Assembly (NCBI GenBank): GCA_000934665.2
Contig: KZ538724.1
Location: forward strand, 1 to 51,282
Length of the DNA stretch: 51,282 nucleotides
Origin: Catajapyx aquilonaris
Taxonomy: Eukaryota
Direction of reading: 5' to 3'
This document shows positions 34,048 to 49,000 of this stretch, one piece after another. How positions within the stretch are numbered: position 1 is the first letter of the stretch; each line of letters starts with the position of its first letter. The notes beneath the pieces were generated by a model, which was not told the origin of the DNA, did not search any database, and saw only the letters and a list, made by a program, of their open reading frames with translations. The translations under genes and the position numbers were made by a program.

Positions 34048-37000
34048 ATGGAACTCTTGTTATCTCCAGTTGAAGTTCACAAGCAAGGAACATTTGGAGA
34101 TGTCATTCATGCCAACCTCAGTGGAGCTGGTCCTGACATGGTCAAGAGGGGAAAAATTTTAAAGGGTAAGCAGCCACTACAATTGATCACACAGTTACAG
34201 TTACACATCCTACCATGAGCATATTAAGTTAAATGTATTTTAAAAAGTAATGGGACATAGGGTTCTTATGTATAAAAGTATTTGCTGACTGACAAAAAAA
34301 TAAAATTCGCTTATAATGTCCAACATATTTATCATTTTAGATGGAGTTCGTGGGTGCATGAGCTGTGGGTTCCAATTAGTTGTGTTCAACCTGGTCACGG
34401 GACAGCCTCTCAACAAATGGAACTTACCATGTGGCCCTTCAAGGGAATTTGAACCTGAATTGGTGTCCGTGGTGGAACTGTCTGAAGATGAGTTATGTCT
34501 AGGACTAGACTGTGGTGTTGGTGGAATGGTCTGCGTTGTGGAATACTCTGGGTCTGTCTTGTCCAGGTATGATAAAGGATCAGATTTTGGATTTATTAAA
34601 AGGGCCATCAACAGCTAGGCCAAGATTGCAAGCATACTATGTTTAGAAGACGTATACCTTAGCCTTTGCAGCAGATGAAACATACTCTGCATATGAACTC
34701 ATAGCACTAATGTTGATGCATTTTATACAGGGTGGTCGGTAAATGGTGCGCAAGCTTCAGGTAGTGAGATTCTTTGGGAAAAACCAGTATATGGAAGTGA
34801 AGGTCCTATTGCTCTACGATGCCTGGTTAGAGCTCACGAGACCTCCAAAGTTTGGGCCAAATCATGACGTCACATCCGCCAGCGAAATTCAAACACTACC
34901 ATATTGCTACTGTCTGCGGTGTGTTGCCAGGGGTTGCCATGTTGACATCCCGTACGCTAGTGTTTGAATTTCGCTGGCGGATCTGACGTCATGATTTGGC
35001 CCAAACTTTGGAGGTCTCGTGAGCTCTAACCAGGCATTGTAGAGCAATAGGACCTTCACTTCCATACACTGGTTTTTCACAAAGAATCTCGCTACCTGAA
35101 GCTTGCGCACCATTTACCGACCATCCTGCTTATTTATTTACCTTAGTCTGGAAGGGTTTGCTTGTTGCCTAATAATTTCCTGTATGCTGTACTTGGCATC
35201 ATTGCAAATGATAGGTCTTGCAAGTTATTATACAGTGTGCCCTGAATTTCTGTGGTAACATGATGTTTATTTCTTCTGGTCACAGATGCATTCAGATACC
35301 ATTCCGTGTTACTTCCCTCGCCTTGGTTCACCTGCCAGAGGAGAAACATTTACGGCACCTCAGTCCTGATTTGCAAAGCTTTTGTGGGACTGTGGCTGTT
35401 GGCACATATGACGGACAAGTTCTTATGTTGGACCTTGAGTTTGGAAAGGCATCCAGAGCCAGTAGAGATGTCCACGCCTGCTTTCCCATAGTGGGGATGT
35501 CACAAAGGCTGACAGGAAGAGATGGACAGAATCAGGTCACAGCCATGGAGTTTATTCCACAGCTCCTCAGTCTAGCCATTGGATTCAGTGGGGGTGCATA
35601 CCATGTCGTTAGCATGACCAACCTGCAAGAGTGAGTTGATATTTTGCATGAATTCTAAATTATTATAACTGCAGTATTTATTTTGGGTGCAATTTTAACA
35701 AAGGAAACCCTTGAAAGAGGCCCAAAGCTTGTAATCCGTTTTTCTGCTTGCTTTTAATCAATCACTTATACCAGAAAATTACAATATTATTGACTCATCC
35801 AAAATCACACCACATGTGTGTATGGTGAAACTTTGTAATGTGAGCCTCCAAGGGTCAGGAGAAAACGTCGAGTCATATGGCATTTGACAACACATTTCAG
35901 GACAGATTTCTGACATTATACTCTCTTGACTGTCAGGATTTGCTCTGGAGGATGTGAAGAGGTGGGTGCTCCTGTCACCCACTTTGCGTTTCAAGAACCT
36001 GAGAATGACCCTTGCCACTGCTGCTACTTGTGGGTGTCACATAGTAATGGAGCAGATGTAGTGGAAATTGCACTCTATGCACTCATCTTTGGCCACAAGG
36101 ACTTTATGGATGAAATTGGATTTGTGTACAGGGTGAGTTGAAATGTGGTTGGGTGTGGGGATCAGTTGGGGGTAAGAGCATAATATTAAACTAATGGAAT
36201 GGTAAATAGTACTTTTCTGTAATCAAGACCACAGTCGTCGGGTGAGATCAATACTATTGTAAGTCACAAAATAGTAGTTTCACAGGAAAAAATTTTGAAA
36301 GTGTTTTACTCTGTGCAGCTGGACATACAATAATTTCGTTCTAGTGATGTCACAGGCGCATGGTGTAAGGTGGACTTGAAATAAAAATTCAGCAGATACG
36401 TCTCTTAGAGTAGAATATGGTGGTGGACTTACCCTGAAATTGAATTTCTTGGACTTACAATAGTATTGATCTTACCCGACGATATCTGAACACCAAATTA
36501 ATGCTTATGGTGGAGCAAATATGTTAGAACTTTGTAGTGTTTCCTAATCTATTGTAACACTCAATTAACTTGAGTTGTGGATTATTTCAGTCCCTGCACC
36601 AGGTAAGGCTGCGCTTCTGGCACAGCCTCCCAGCCTCGTGTCGCATGCTGTCTTGCCAGGTAGTCCCCAATCCTTGGGGTCCAGCCAGCCCAACCAGTGA
36701 GTCTCATCCAGTCCAGGTGGACGACCTCAACTTTTGCCTCCTAGTGTGGCAGGGCAGCACACCATCACCCGACAGCAGGCCATCCACGTCATACGTCCAT
36801 CTGGCCCTTTTTGACCTTAACATGTGGTATCTGGCCCACATGCCCGACAGCATGGCTTCTCCCTATGAGACTGAGGAGCTTTGCCCGTACGTTGGGTACT
36901 TCTCACTCCGAGGAGTAAAGTCAGTCCTGGATGTGGCTATTAGGAAGAAGACACTCACAAAGTTTCTGCCATGTACAAAGTTGACTGAGGAGCAGTACTA

Positions 37001-40000
37001 CTATCCCAGCAGCCTTTCCTTTGGTGAGAACATTTTTGCTTCCTTTGAATCGGTGGAGTAAACCTAAACCTCCTTCAACAAGTTGACTGCTGTGAAAATC
37101 CAGCAGACATTACCTAGCTAAAAAAAAGTGCAGTGGCATGTTCCTGGCTCATATGGAAGGTCAAAATCTATGCTACAGTCGTTACCTCTGGGCTTTAAAC
37201 CAAACCCTTTAGTTGTTCACTAATGTTAGCCTTATCTTCAAACAATTTTTATATTGCATTTGTTATTGTTGTTGTCATTGTCCTGTTTTGATTCATACCT
37301 TGTTTTATTCTGGTTGGAGGGTAAGAGTTAATCATAGTCATTGTATGGGAATTAAATGTGCTGAGTAGTAACTGCTTGTGGTAATTATGTGATGTTTGCA
37401 TGGGTTGCAGAGGTGATGTGTCTGACAGAATCGGGAACCAAGGTGGCCACATTCCTGGGTGCGCAGAGTAAGGTGCTGCATCTGATGCAGAAGGAAGGCC
37501 CCACATGCATTGTCCACCCTAAGAAGGCCACCCATTTGTGCCACGTGGTTGGTCTAATTTCATCTGCAAACTACCCTCATCCAAGCCAAGAGAATAGAGA
37601 AGTGAGTAGTTGTCTGAAGCAACTGAAGTGAATAATACTTCTTTAGGGAATGGAAAGATCAGATTGTATTCACACATTACATTACGAAATAGTTTGCCGT
37701 AGCAATTTTAAGGGTGGGTTGCATCAGTTGTCGTCAAATATCACTTGTCGTCATTGAAATTATTTTATAATACTGAAATATGTAGTGGTTACAGAAAACT
37801 TGTGTTGTTTCCCATGGCAGTGGCAACCAAAAGTTGCTACCTGACTGTGGCGAGTTTTATTCTTGTACTAAATATGGCAGTTGTCAACTGCAATGTAATA
37901 TTTTCTTGTTACAGCAGGTGGTCTCAGTGTAGTGTTAGGTATAGAAATGTTGTGTGACTCATATGTGTTATATGATCCCTCTCTCTGAATCTTCAGGCCC
38001 ACAGTCGAAATGTCCTTTTGGATGTGGCTCTTAAAAATAAAGCCACCAGCCTATTAATTAGATGTGTCACCAGCTGGGCAGATGGAAGCTATGCAGCCTA
38101 TGGATGCACTGTTCCTATGATCATGGAGTGGGCATCAAACCAGGCCAGGATAATCAAGAAATCCATCAATAAGCTTAGTAAGTCTTTCAATAGTGATATG
38201 TGGTCCTGACTTACAGATGAGTTTATTTTCAATGTAGCTGAGCCCTTGTTTAACTACTCTGGAGTGCATCCCAGCTCAGAGGCTATTTCAATGCTGTATC
38301 ATGACTCGAACATGCTCCATCAGCTCAATGAAGTAATGACAGAATGTGAAAAGCGACAGGCAAGATCCAGTGTGTCAGGTTTGTGGTCACAGATTTTTTA
38401 AACAAATTTTGTCTTGAGTCCTGACAGCGCAAAAAAATGTTTGGTCAGGCACCAGGCATCAGTAACAATAACAGTTTATCGCAGGGTGAATGTGTACTAT
38501 GATAATGACAAAAATTCAGGGGCCCTGCCGAGGAGGTTCTGCACATTTTTGTGGAGAAGGGAGGGAGACAAGGATGAATTTGTATGGCCTTGCGCTATGG
38601 ATTATGAATTTTTTTAAAGTAAGTGGCCAAGCAAAAGAGGCTTTTTAACTATCAATGGTTCTGACATTTTCACCCCGGGCTATGGCTTTACAATCGACTT
38701 ATTTATGATTGTTTAATTGTTATTAAGACATAACCAAAACCCAGTTATCTCGTCTATGTGCGTTGGAAAAGGAGGTGGGAAAAGGGGAAGATGGAAGACG
38801 AGGTAAAAGTGAAGATGCTGTGAATTAATGTAGGCTACTGGATCGGTAAATTGCAAATGAATGCGGGAATTTGATGATGGGCACCATGGCCTAATGTAGC
38901 TGGGGAAGGCCAGAAATTTTGGGGAATGCGTAACGTACTTATCATGCTGGAAGTAATGCCCAGGCTCTGACATTGAAATCGACGAATTTTTTGCACCACA
39001 AATGGATAAGATACCTTGGTTTTTCTTGTCTTCATTACAATTATTAAACAATCATAAATAACACGATTATAAAGCCAGAGTCCGAAGTGAAATTAAGGCC
39101 GATGGTTTAAAATGCAATTTTTTTGATTGAACGTTTGCTTCTCCAAAAATATTCTCAATTAGCCTTCATCTTTGTCGCATCTTTGACTCGAGTACCAACC
39201 ATTGCTCGTAGCGCCACAATGACAATTACACATTATGCAGAAGCTTATACCTTTATCATAAGAGCCCCACATGACTTTAAGAGGACGTTGTTAAAGCGAT
39301 GTATTAGCAAAAAAATATGGTAACAATGAAGCCCTTGGTGACGACCTAAACAAACTTGTGTATGCATGGGCAGCATAATTATGGAGATTCGACATCGTCT
39401 ACATTTCTGCGGCCGTACGTCCGCAAAAATGGTTCAATCAACACAGAAATTGCACCTAAAAATAGTAGATGATCTGGTGCTTTTCCATTTTTGGCCTAGA
39501 AGTGACCTTTTCATCGAGTTGAAGAGAGAGGAAAATGGCGTCTCCGAAAAGTCAATTTGATTAACATGGCAGACGAAATCGCGTGAAAATCAGACACATT
39601 TCTGCGCCTGTCTGTACGTCCACAATTTTAAAAAGTTCCCTCGAAAATGCGACTACCAGTAGGCTGCCGCATTTTTGCTAATGCGCCACCTTAAACTATA
39701 CTCTGATGTCTGATGGGTCAATCTTTGCTGCCTAGTTCCGCTATTCCAAGATGGGCGCCATTCACCTGGCAAAATCGAACAAGGCGCCCTATGCGAAACT
39801 CGCTTCGCCTAGCAACCTGTGTTCAAAAAATGAACAACAATGGGCTCAGCCGCTCCCGCGGCAGATGCTGAGTTTAACAACAACTTGTTTACCTCCGCTG
39901 CTGCAGCCTCTGAGTTTAACAACATCCTCGAAATAAATTTTCTGTCATTTCCTGATAATATTAACTTGTAGGGGCCCCGCATCATTTTAGCAGTTGGAAA

Positions 40001-43000
40001 CTCGAAATTTATTCGTTAAGGTTCTTGTTAATTTATGTTGAAAATACACATTGTAATTTAATGATGGTACCTCTAAAAAGGTAGGCCCGCACAACATGTT
40101 ACAAACCCAAGAGGCCTCCGCTGCACGGGGTCTCCTCGGGGCTGCCCCCACCTTCCCCATGCCCACGCGCCATCCCTGCTCGTAATGACATCTTTTGTGA
40201 CCTTTTTTGCAGGGTCAGATCCTTTCGTGAGGGCAATTGAGATTGAAATGTTAGCCACATACCTGGATTTAACATTATGGTTCTATGAAATGGAACTCTT
40301 GCCGCAGACTCAGCAGCAAGCATACTCGGTGGGAACTGTACGGGAGACTTTTCAGACGAGGTGAGAGGTTTTTCAAATATATAATTCTGCAGCCCTTTGA
40401 CCTTTGAGAATGTACAGGAAAAGTGGAACTGATGTCACTATCATTTGACTTGGGTCTTGACAAAGAATTAAGTGACATTCTTAAGACTAGAAAAAAATTA
40501 TTTTCATGAGCAAATATGGGCGTTTTCTTGAAGTAATTCCTCCGCAATGTGTTAGTGAAAATGAAGACAAGAATTTTTGGTCACAGTTGATTTATGAAAC
40601 TACTGCTAACTTTCACTCAGGCGCAAGGACCTAGGTGACTTGGAGGACAAAGACCTTCTGTTTATTGATCACCTGGTGAAGCAGTATGACGGCAAGGTGG
40701 AGGAAGTGTGGCGTACGAAGATGTGTGATGGAAATGATGGTGATGATCACTCAGTCTGGAATGGTACATATCCACCAGCATCCATGCAACACCTATTGGC
40801 CATCTATTTATTGGAGGACATCCCTTTGTGTTTCAAGCATCGTATAGTCCAATATTTTTTTCTGGACTTGGCTGCATTGGGGGTATTAAAGTGCCACGTG
40901 GATGACATTATGCAATTTCCTGCTACCTTTGGACTGAATTCGACCATATTGAAGGTAAGGTCACTCACAGTTAAAGGGAATGAAGTTCACAATGCAGCAG
41001 TGACCATTTTTTCATTTAGTTCCGAGTTGAGTTCAACCTCTTAATTATGTACCTCTTAATTCAATGACCCATTCATTTTTCAATTCGTCCTGTTCATTTA
41101 AATTTGGTTCACTTCCCATTTCTCTCCATTTAATTCCATTAATGTCGATTTTTGAGTGATTGCAGCTTTCTTCCGTTAAATTCCATTCAAGTCACCAGAA
41201 TGGTACAGTTTGTGAATAAATTATATCCCAGATTGAATTATGCCCATCATTAGTGACACGTCACTACCAGATCATCTGAAAATTATGTCATTACTGATCT
41301 TGAACACTTGGTGACTTGAGAAAAAGATAGCTTTTAGATAGCCTGTAAATAATAAAATAATTGTCATAGGCATGATATCATTTTCTCCAATGAAGGTGAC
41401 ACAGGGGCTCTGGCTTCTCGATCACCGTGACTTTAATGAAGCTATGAGCACATTTTTGAGCCCGATGTCAGGAACCTTGGCTAGTGTTGTGAGTGAGTGG
41501 GAACATGCCCTGGTGCTTAGGTCATTCATGGCCCAAGGGAAGCATAAGAGGGCTTTAAAGTACTTGAGAGCCATCCGACCACCAATGCATACGTTGGACG
41601 ATGTCAAACTCAAGTTGCGCCTACTGCTGGACAATGGACTGGCAGCTGAGGCACTTCATCTGCAGAGGGAATTCCCAGGGACAAATCTCCTGCAATACTA
41701 CTTCAAAGGTATGAGCGATACAAATGTTATCTTGCTATCTGTTGGCCAGGATGTAACTGAAATGCCACTGCTTTTCCTAAGTAAAGGTTAAGTGAATCTA
41801 AGTTGATTCTGTTGCCACAGCAGCATCACTTTAAAAACTTGTTTGTGGGTCTCTTGGGGTGACCTTTTATATGTAGCCAATGACACAAAACAACTAATCT
41901 TGAAATCATCTGATTTTGATTTGAGCGACTGCCTTACAATTAACACGTAAACCGATCATTTTGGGAATTTTTCAAAATTACAGCTTGCAAGTAGGGCATT
42001 TTTTTTCTCTGTATTGAACTGATGCTCAAGAAACTATTAATTATGTTTAAAATAACAATTTTTATTGATGTGTAAATGGATTGGTCAGTGTGATGGTAAG
42101 AAGACCACACAGAGCTTGCCCAATGGTTTCCCCTTTGTGACTGCACATATTTTTAGGGAGATAATAAAATTAGTCATATTGATTAGTCAGCTAGAATAAT
42201 AGAGATAAATTTTGTTATAATATGTATATTTTCCCACGCAGCATCAAAGGATAGAGGCATGATACCAACTGTGATGAAGCTTGCTTTAACACCACTAGAA
42301 GAGACCTCATTGGTGGAGTTTCTTCGCTCAGGAGATGATGGCTCAGATATGACAATGAAGGACTTACTACTGATCTATTACATACAGCGGGGCCGCTATA
42401 TGGAGGCATCTAATCTGAACCACCAAATCCGCCAGTTGATGTCCAACTCCCAGGCTGGCAGTTTAATTACCACCGGACCCCACCAGAAAGAGCTGGCACT
42501 GCTGCGGGACACTGTGGTGGCTGGGTTTTTGCGAAGTGTTCCTGAAGCACTTCGGCAGAATATGAGGCACAGCGATGTTTCAGTTGGATCAGAAGGGTTG
42601 AAGGGCAGAAAGTCAACCATGCCACCACTGTCAGTGCAACTTTGCAAACAAAATACTTCAGCGACAGTGGTAGCAACTATAATCAAGGAGACACGCAGAG
42701 TGTGTGGAGCAGACACCAAAAAAAGGGCTCCACTGGCACTGCCATCTGCATCTGTCAAGCATAGGACTCCTAGAGTGGTGTTTCCATCAATTTGTAAAGC
42801 CAAGAGAAAAGCCAGCACAGAGAATGAGGAGCTTCCAGAAGAGATTGCTCCTGCAATCAAGAAGTCTAGAATTGACAGGTCAGTGTAGTTTGTTGACTGG
42901 CAGTAAAACCTTGCATATGCTTTAAGCAATGAGGTATGCACAACAGTGTGACATCATGAGCCATATTAAAACTAGCTTTCCATGCATTCCTGTAATCTGT

Positions 43001-46000
43001 GCAATGAATTACTTTGTCAGGCTTCTCTGGGACGATTGTCATGGGAGAAGTGATACCCCAAGTATTTAAAAAGTGTAATAGAATTCCAATATTGAGATGC
43101 AATGTAATTAATGCAACACTGAGAAGTTCTTGAACTAGTGATGTATTTTCAATTGTATTATTGCACTCTTTTCAGTAGTGGCAATCCCAGAATAACAGAA
43201 TCTCTTCTTGAGACTCCTACCGTGAGGAGAAAGGCTCCCAGGAGATCACCTGACATGGGAAGCCAAATGGAGAGTGTAACATTGACATCAATTCTTAAGG
43301 TGAATCACAACTCCATTAATTTGCAATTTGATGCAGGAAATTTTAACGTTTTGTACTTATAGGTACGAAAGCAGGCTTGTAAGTCAGTCAGCCCAGCTCC
43401 GACTGCTTCAGTCCATTCATGGAGTCCCAGTCCCAGCCCTGATTTTTTGGCACTGGATCAAGATGTGAATGATGGGGACGAGAAGGAAGATGGAGAGGAG
43501 GAAGAGAGAATGGAAGAGAATGCAGCAGAAGCTGATGACCAGGTAGTAGAGAGCGAATGGAATGAGACAATGGAAGTGAACACAGAGGTGGATGACACGG
43601 ATGGAGAAGAGGAAGAAGAGAATGAGTTGATGCGAACTGATGCAACACACCCTCTCAGTTCTTCAAAGCAGCTTAGGTTTATTCTATCACCTGAAAAACT
43701 CTCTCCCGAGAAGCTGTCTTCAGTCGAAAGGTTTGCTGAGTGTTTGTCTTTTTTATTGCTACGTTATAGAAAGGTATTGCTCAAGGATTGATTTTGCTTC
43801 TGTCACAAAAAATTTAATAGTAATTGACAAAAAATAATAATTTGTTAATGAATTGTGAAAATGTGGCCTTGAAAATCTTTTTCACTGAAAAATTCTAGAA
43901 AATATACTGGAACTCGATTATTATTTATATCAATGGTAAATGATGCCTAATAATTATGGTCACTTGCTGGAAATTGAATTAAATTGTATTAAAATGTATT
44001 CATGATCTCAATTGTAATACTCCATTTGAAGTTTTGCCACTTGCATTGTGCAAGCATTAATTTATGGAACATTAATAATATTATTGTGAACTACATGTTC
44101 TGCATTAAGAATTCATCACTTAGGGCTGGGTGTATGAATGAAAATTATGGGAAAATCTGTTATTTGTAGGTGTTTACATAATCTGACATCATCTGAGACT
44201 TTCACCTTTGTGTTCATACAACCTGCCAGAACAATTGAAGTGCAAGTTCTGGGCGGCTCCTGCCTTTGCCTTTTGTGGCCATTTCAAAATATGAAGTTTA
44301 CCAAATGCAATATTTTCACAATGGAATAATAGCAATTGGGGAAACAAGTAGGAAAATATTATTGCTTCACCTTTCTATCAAATGTGATGAAATATCATAA
44401 GAAAATCATTGGCCTAATTTTGTGTAATGTGTTTCACTTTTCATACACCTTGCAGTGAGACTTCAATGGAAGTGAAGTTGACTGCAAAGCCGAGTGAATT
44501 AGACTTGTCCAGAAGGAGAGAAAGTTTTGCATCAATACTGGATAGGTCACGATCAGCTGAGGCACTTCCAAGCCCACAGCCGAATTGGGCCCTGCTCTCC
44601 CCCAAAAGCAGGAGCTCTATGGAGGTGGAGGAGAGGGTGAAGCAATCCATGGCAATCCTAAAGGAGCTAGTCAGTCCTCCCTCCTCCAGGGCTGTGTCCC
44701 CCCAAACTTCTCCTGTCCCTGAAGCTGCGAAGCTGACAGCTGCTGTTGATGAACCAGAAACCAAGGAAAGGGAAGAGGAAAAGGAAGATGTTGAATCAGA
44801 GTCATCTTCATTTCACCTCCAAATCCAGGACACAAATACCAGCATAGAAAGTGAGGAGTACTTTAGTGTGGATGAGGATGACATCCATCCAGAAAGAGAG
44901 AGGAAAGTGAGTAAATATGAGGTAAGTTATATGGATTCATACACATGCGCCATTCAGTGCACAAGCAATGATATACTTCTCTGGCTGAAATTTATAGATT
45001 TCCTGACCTCTATTGGAGCAATAGGGGTGGGAAGCACTAACTGAGAAAGAAAAGTCAGGCCAACTTGCACTTGTTATTAATTTCATACTCAAGCTAAACA
45101 AAAATTAATGAGAAGGGAAATCTGGCCAGATTTGTTTTGCTGAGCTGAGTTTGCCCCGAACTCATGGTAGATTAATTTTATGGACTTCGATGCAGTTTAG
45201 CCCCGCAAAAATATTACAAGTTTCTATAATTGTATATCCTGAATCTACTCGACCAGCTGAGTTGGATGACACTATTCCTAGGTTGCGGAAATGTTTAATT
45301 CAAAAGTTACAGAATTTTGAAATTGCAAGAAATTGACCCAGATATGGCGGGGAAGATTTTTGTGGAAGTGTTGAATTTTTTTTGTTTTTATTAGTTCATA
45401 ATAGTTCCCAAAACACAAAAGTGGAGATAAAACATTTTTCTGGCATGCTTGTTTGCGAGAAAATTGCCTTTCCCTGTAATTATGGGATGCCAATGAAATG
45501 TCACCTACAGTGCGGAAAACCAAACGAGCTGACGTCATCGTTTCTTACATTGTAGCTTTTTGTTGACACTGTTTACTCTTATTGTTCCGTGAGGGAGTTT
45601 CCATGGGAGCCTTGATGACGTCAGATCGTTGTTTAGTTGTCCGCACTTTAGTATGGCTGTAATAGTTGTTGATTGCATTACCATGGCAACAACGACATTC
45701 AGCAATATCCATAGCTAATAATATTGTTGTCCCAGTTGCTAGGCAAATGTCAGGACAACAATATTACCCTAGATGCCTCAGCCTGGCCAAGGATAGGGAG
45801 TGGTCTCTCTAGTTACTATACTATACAGGGTGTTTCAGAGTCACGGGTCAAGCGCGCACGAGGGGGTGGGGGAAAATCGTTGGTGGCGACAACCCCAGTC
45901 GGTTTTATAAAACCACTAGAAATACAGGATTAATAAATTATTTTATTACGGCGTGACGTCACATCCTTTCTGTTCGAATTGACTGGTGTGGACTGGCAAG

Positions 46001-49000
46001 TGCAGTGGGTTGAACCTGGTTGAACAGCTTTGTAGCCTTGCAGGTTGCACTGAAAAAGGCGCTCTCATGCTATACCGGGAGGGTACTGTACAAAGTAGTG
46101 TACTGCTGTGCAGTAGTGTGTACAGTACCCTGCCTTGCCGGTGAGAGTGCCTTTTTCAGTGCAACCTGGTTCACCCCACGGCACCTGCCAGTCCACGTTA
46201 GTCAATTTGAACAGAAAGGATGTGGCATCAGACCGTAATAAAATAATTGATTACTCCTGTATTTCTAATTGTTTTATAAAACCGACCGGATTGTCCCCAC
46301 CTACAATTTTTCTCCACCCCCTCGCGCACGCTTGACCCATGACTCTGAAACACCCTGTATACAGGGTGTCTATTGTAACTCTGCAAAGACTTTCAGGGGT
46401 AATAGAGGGGACCAAGACAAGTATTTTTGACATAGGAACCCATGTCCGGAAACGCCATCTAGAGGGGGTTCATAGACAAGGAACGGGTGAGCTCAGACGC
46501 GTCACGTGAGAGGCGCTAGGGGAGCGACCTGTTTTGTTGATAGATGGCGCTCGGATAGTAACCAACGATGCAATGTGTCATAACCTGACAACAGCAGAGC
46601 CATCTAGCAACTAAAGTATGCCTCCTAGGAGACGCGCGGATAGTCAACAGCGGTTCTGTTGTTGCCAGGTTATGGCGTATCGCGTCGTTGTACGCAAACA
46701 ACAACGCGATACGCCATAACCTGGCAACAACTGGGCGCCATCTACCAACAAAACAGTCCGCTCGGCTAGCGCCTCTCACGTGACGCGTCTGAGCGCACCC
46801 CCGTTCCTTGTCTATGAACCCCCTCTAGATGGCGTTTCCGGACACGGGTTCCTATGTCAAAAATACTTGTGTTGGTCCCCTCTATTACCCCTGAAAGTCT
46901 TTGCAGAGTTACAATAAACACCCTGATTAAAGCAGAACTCTTTGATGCTGAATGATGGTAAACATCTCATTAGCTGGAATTTGGAATTGGGCATGCCTTC
47001 CTTGAAGAAAGGAAGCAGGTGTCTCTTGGGCCACTGCTCGATGCCTCTGGCCTGCCAACAAGTAGTGTTTCCGTGAGAGGAATCCTATTCTTGTTGATTA
47101 GTCAATGCATATATTCAGCCGCTTATCGTGTTGGTGTTATCTGTGAGGCGTTGGAGTGACTGCACCAGTACTGTCCGTCTTGTGGGGCTGCAGGCCAACA
47201 AACGTTAGTATGGCTTTGCCAGAGCCATCTCCCGCAACATCTACACCGCCAGAAGACGGACAGTTATGTTGCTGATGCACAACCCACAGATTACCTTTCA
47301 TATTACCAAGCAGATTCCTTCTCGCAACAATAGGAGCAAACAGTTTCAACAAAGGAACGCTTGCTTATCTTAATTCATTGATTGTTAATTACTTACAATT
47401 TCAAAATTCAAAAACTTATGAAGGAAACATTTCCGCACCATAGGAATAGTGTCATTCAACTCAGCTGGTTGAATAGATTCAGAAAATATACAGAAACCTG
47501 CAATATTTTTGCACGGCTAAACTGCACCCTTATAATTTTATTAACCAACATAGCAATATTATAAACTAAACAAATAATCAACAACACACTGCACTTTCCT
47601 GAGGATGCTGTTGTCACTGCAGAATCATGATGCGCAGTCTTTGGCTAAATTATGTTTTTTTCATTCGTATGTTGTCTAAGTGACAACCATAGAAACATGT
47701 TGTGGTGCTTGGTTGTCATAAAAATTTGCAATGTGTGAAGCTTTACTGAAAATGTTTCTCGTTGCCCTCCCCCTCTCCCCACTCCTCCTGTCACCTTTTC
47801 GTTATTTTTTATTTTTTACAAAGGGAACCACTACTGAAATGGGGTTAGCAGGCTCAAAGTTTTTGGAGTGTTCAACAATCCCAGTGCAAAAATTAACTCC
47901 AGGAAAGGATAGCATATCTGCCGAGATTACAGGGAAGAAAGAGCAGCCTGAGACACCAATGAAATGGAAGGACATGGATAGTAACGAATTTTTCAGTCGT
48001 CTACTTGGCGCTACTGCTGAACGGAGGAAGCAGGCAGAGGAAGAAAGGAGACTGTTGCAGCTTTCAAGAGAGGAAGAGGACAGGACAATTCTGCCATTGT
48101 CAGAAGAGGTGATGGAAAAGGAGGTTGAGGGTGAGAAGGAAGCGGAAATGAACTTGATGGAAGACCATGAGGGGATAACAACGAAGATTTCTTGTGAAGG
48201 GGAGGTGCAGGAGGGAGAAGTGGGAGATACTGCATCTGATGCTTCCCTTGGGAGAAAAATAATGGAATTTGTTGAACGGTCAAGGAATGATATTAGACCA
48301 GGTGATATTGAAGGGACTCAGGGTAAAGACATGGAAATTGAATCACATCAGCCCCACAGAACAGTGGCTATTGTCCAGAGTGAAATGACCAGGCAGGTGA
48401 CTGTGTCCTACGGAGAGGAATTAACAGATACTCCGTCCAGTGAGGCAGTAGTATCCTTAAGTGGTGAGCAGGAAAAGTGTCAGGAGGAAGAATTGGCAGA
48501 AGTAGACAAGAAAGACGGAAGCAGTGATGAGGAGAAACTGACCGTGGTTGAATCAAGCTTCACATGGACAGCACATAGTAAGTTTTGTGTGCCTTTTACA
48601 ATATTCTCATTCTCTGAGTAATTGTATTTGGTTGATTTAATTAATTTGAAGTTAGCTGTCACTTGTAAAGAGGCAGATAAGGAAATGGCCGAAGGCATCC
48701 AGTAGCAGGGAGCAGGATTGCAAAATACCTCTGCGTGCAAAAACGTTTATTTCTTTTTTTGAATATGTCTCAATGCAATTAGCAGCTCTTAAAATGAGGG
48801 GCTTTTCTCCGAAGGCAATACTAATCATAATGAAGAACAGAGGGGTTCGCTTGTATCGTAGCAGTGTAGGTGGCATCACCTTAAACGTCTTGCTTGATCT
48901 TTATGACCCTGAAGTTACTATGTGATGATGATTTGCTTTTGTCTTTACCAACTATTGCACTTTAAATGATTGGATATGTCATGTGGAGAACAGTGTCATT

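Noticed and set aside
34743..35113. Twin ORFs 'MVRKLQV.RFF.KNQ...' on opposite strands
   Set aside because: Mirror products of the palindromic MITE, not a gene pair.
35631..35936. CTCTCTTGAC near an ELYS acceptor, resembling a U12 branch site
   Set aside because: The donor is U2-type GTGAGT and the motif is only ~6 nt from the AG.
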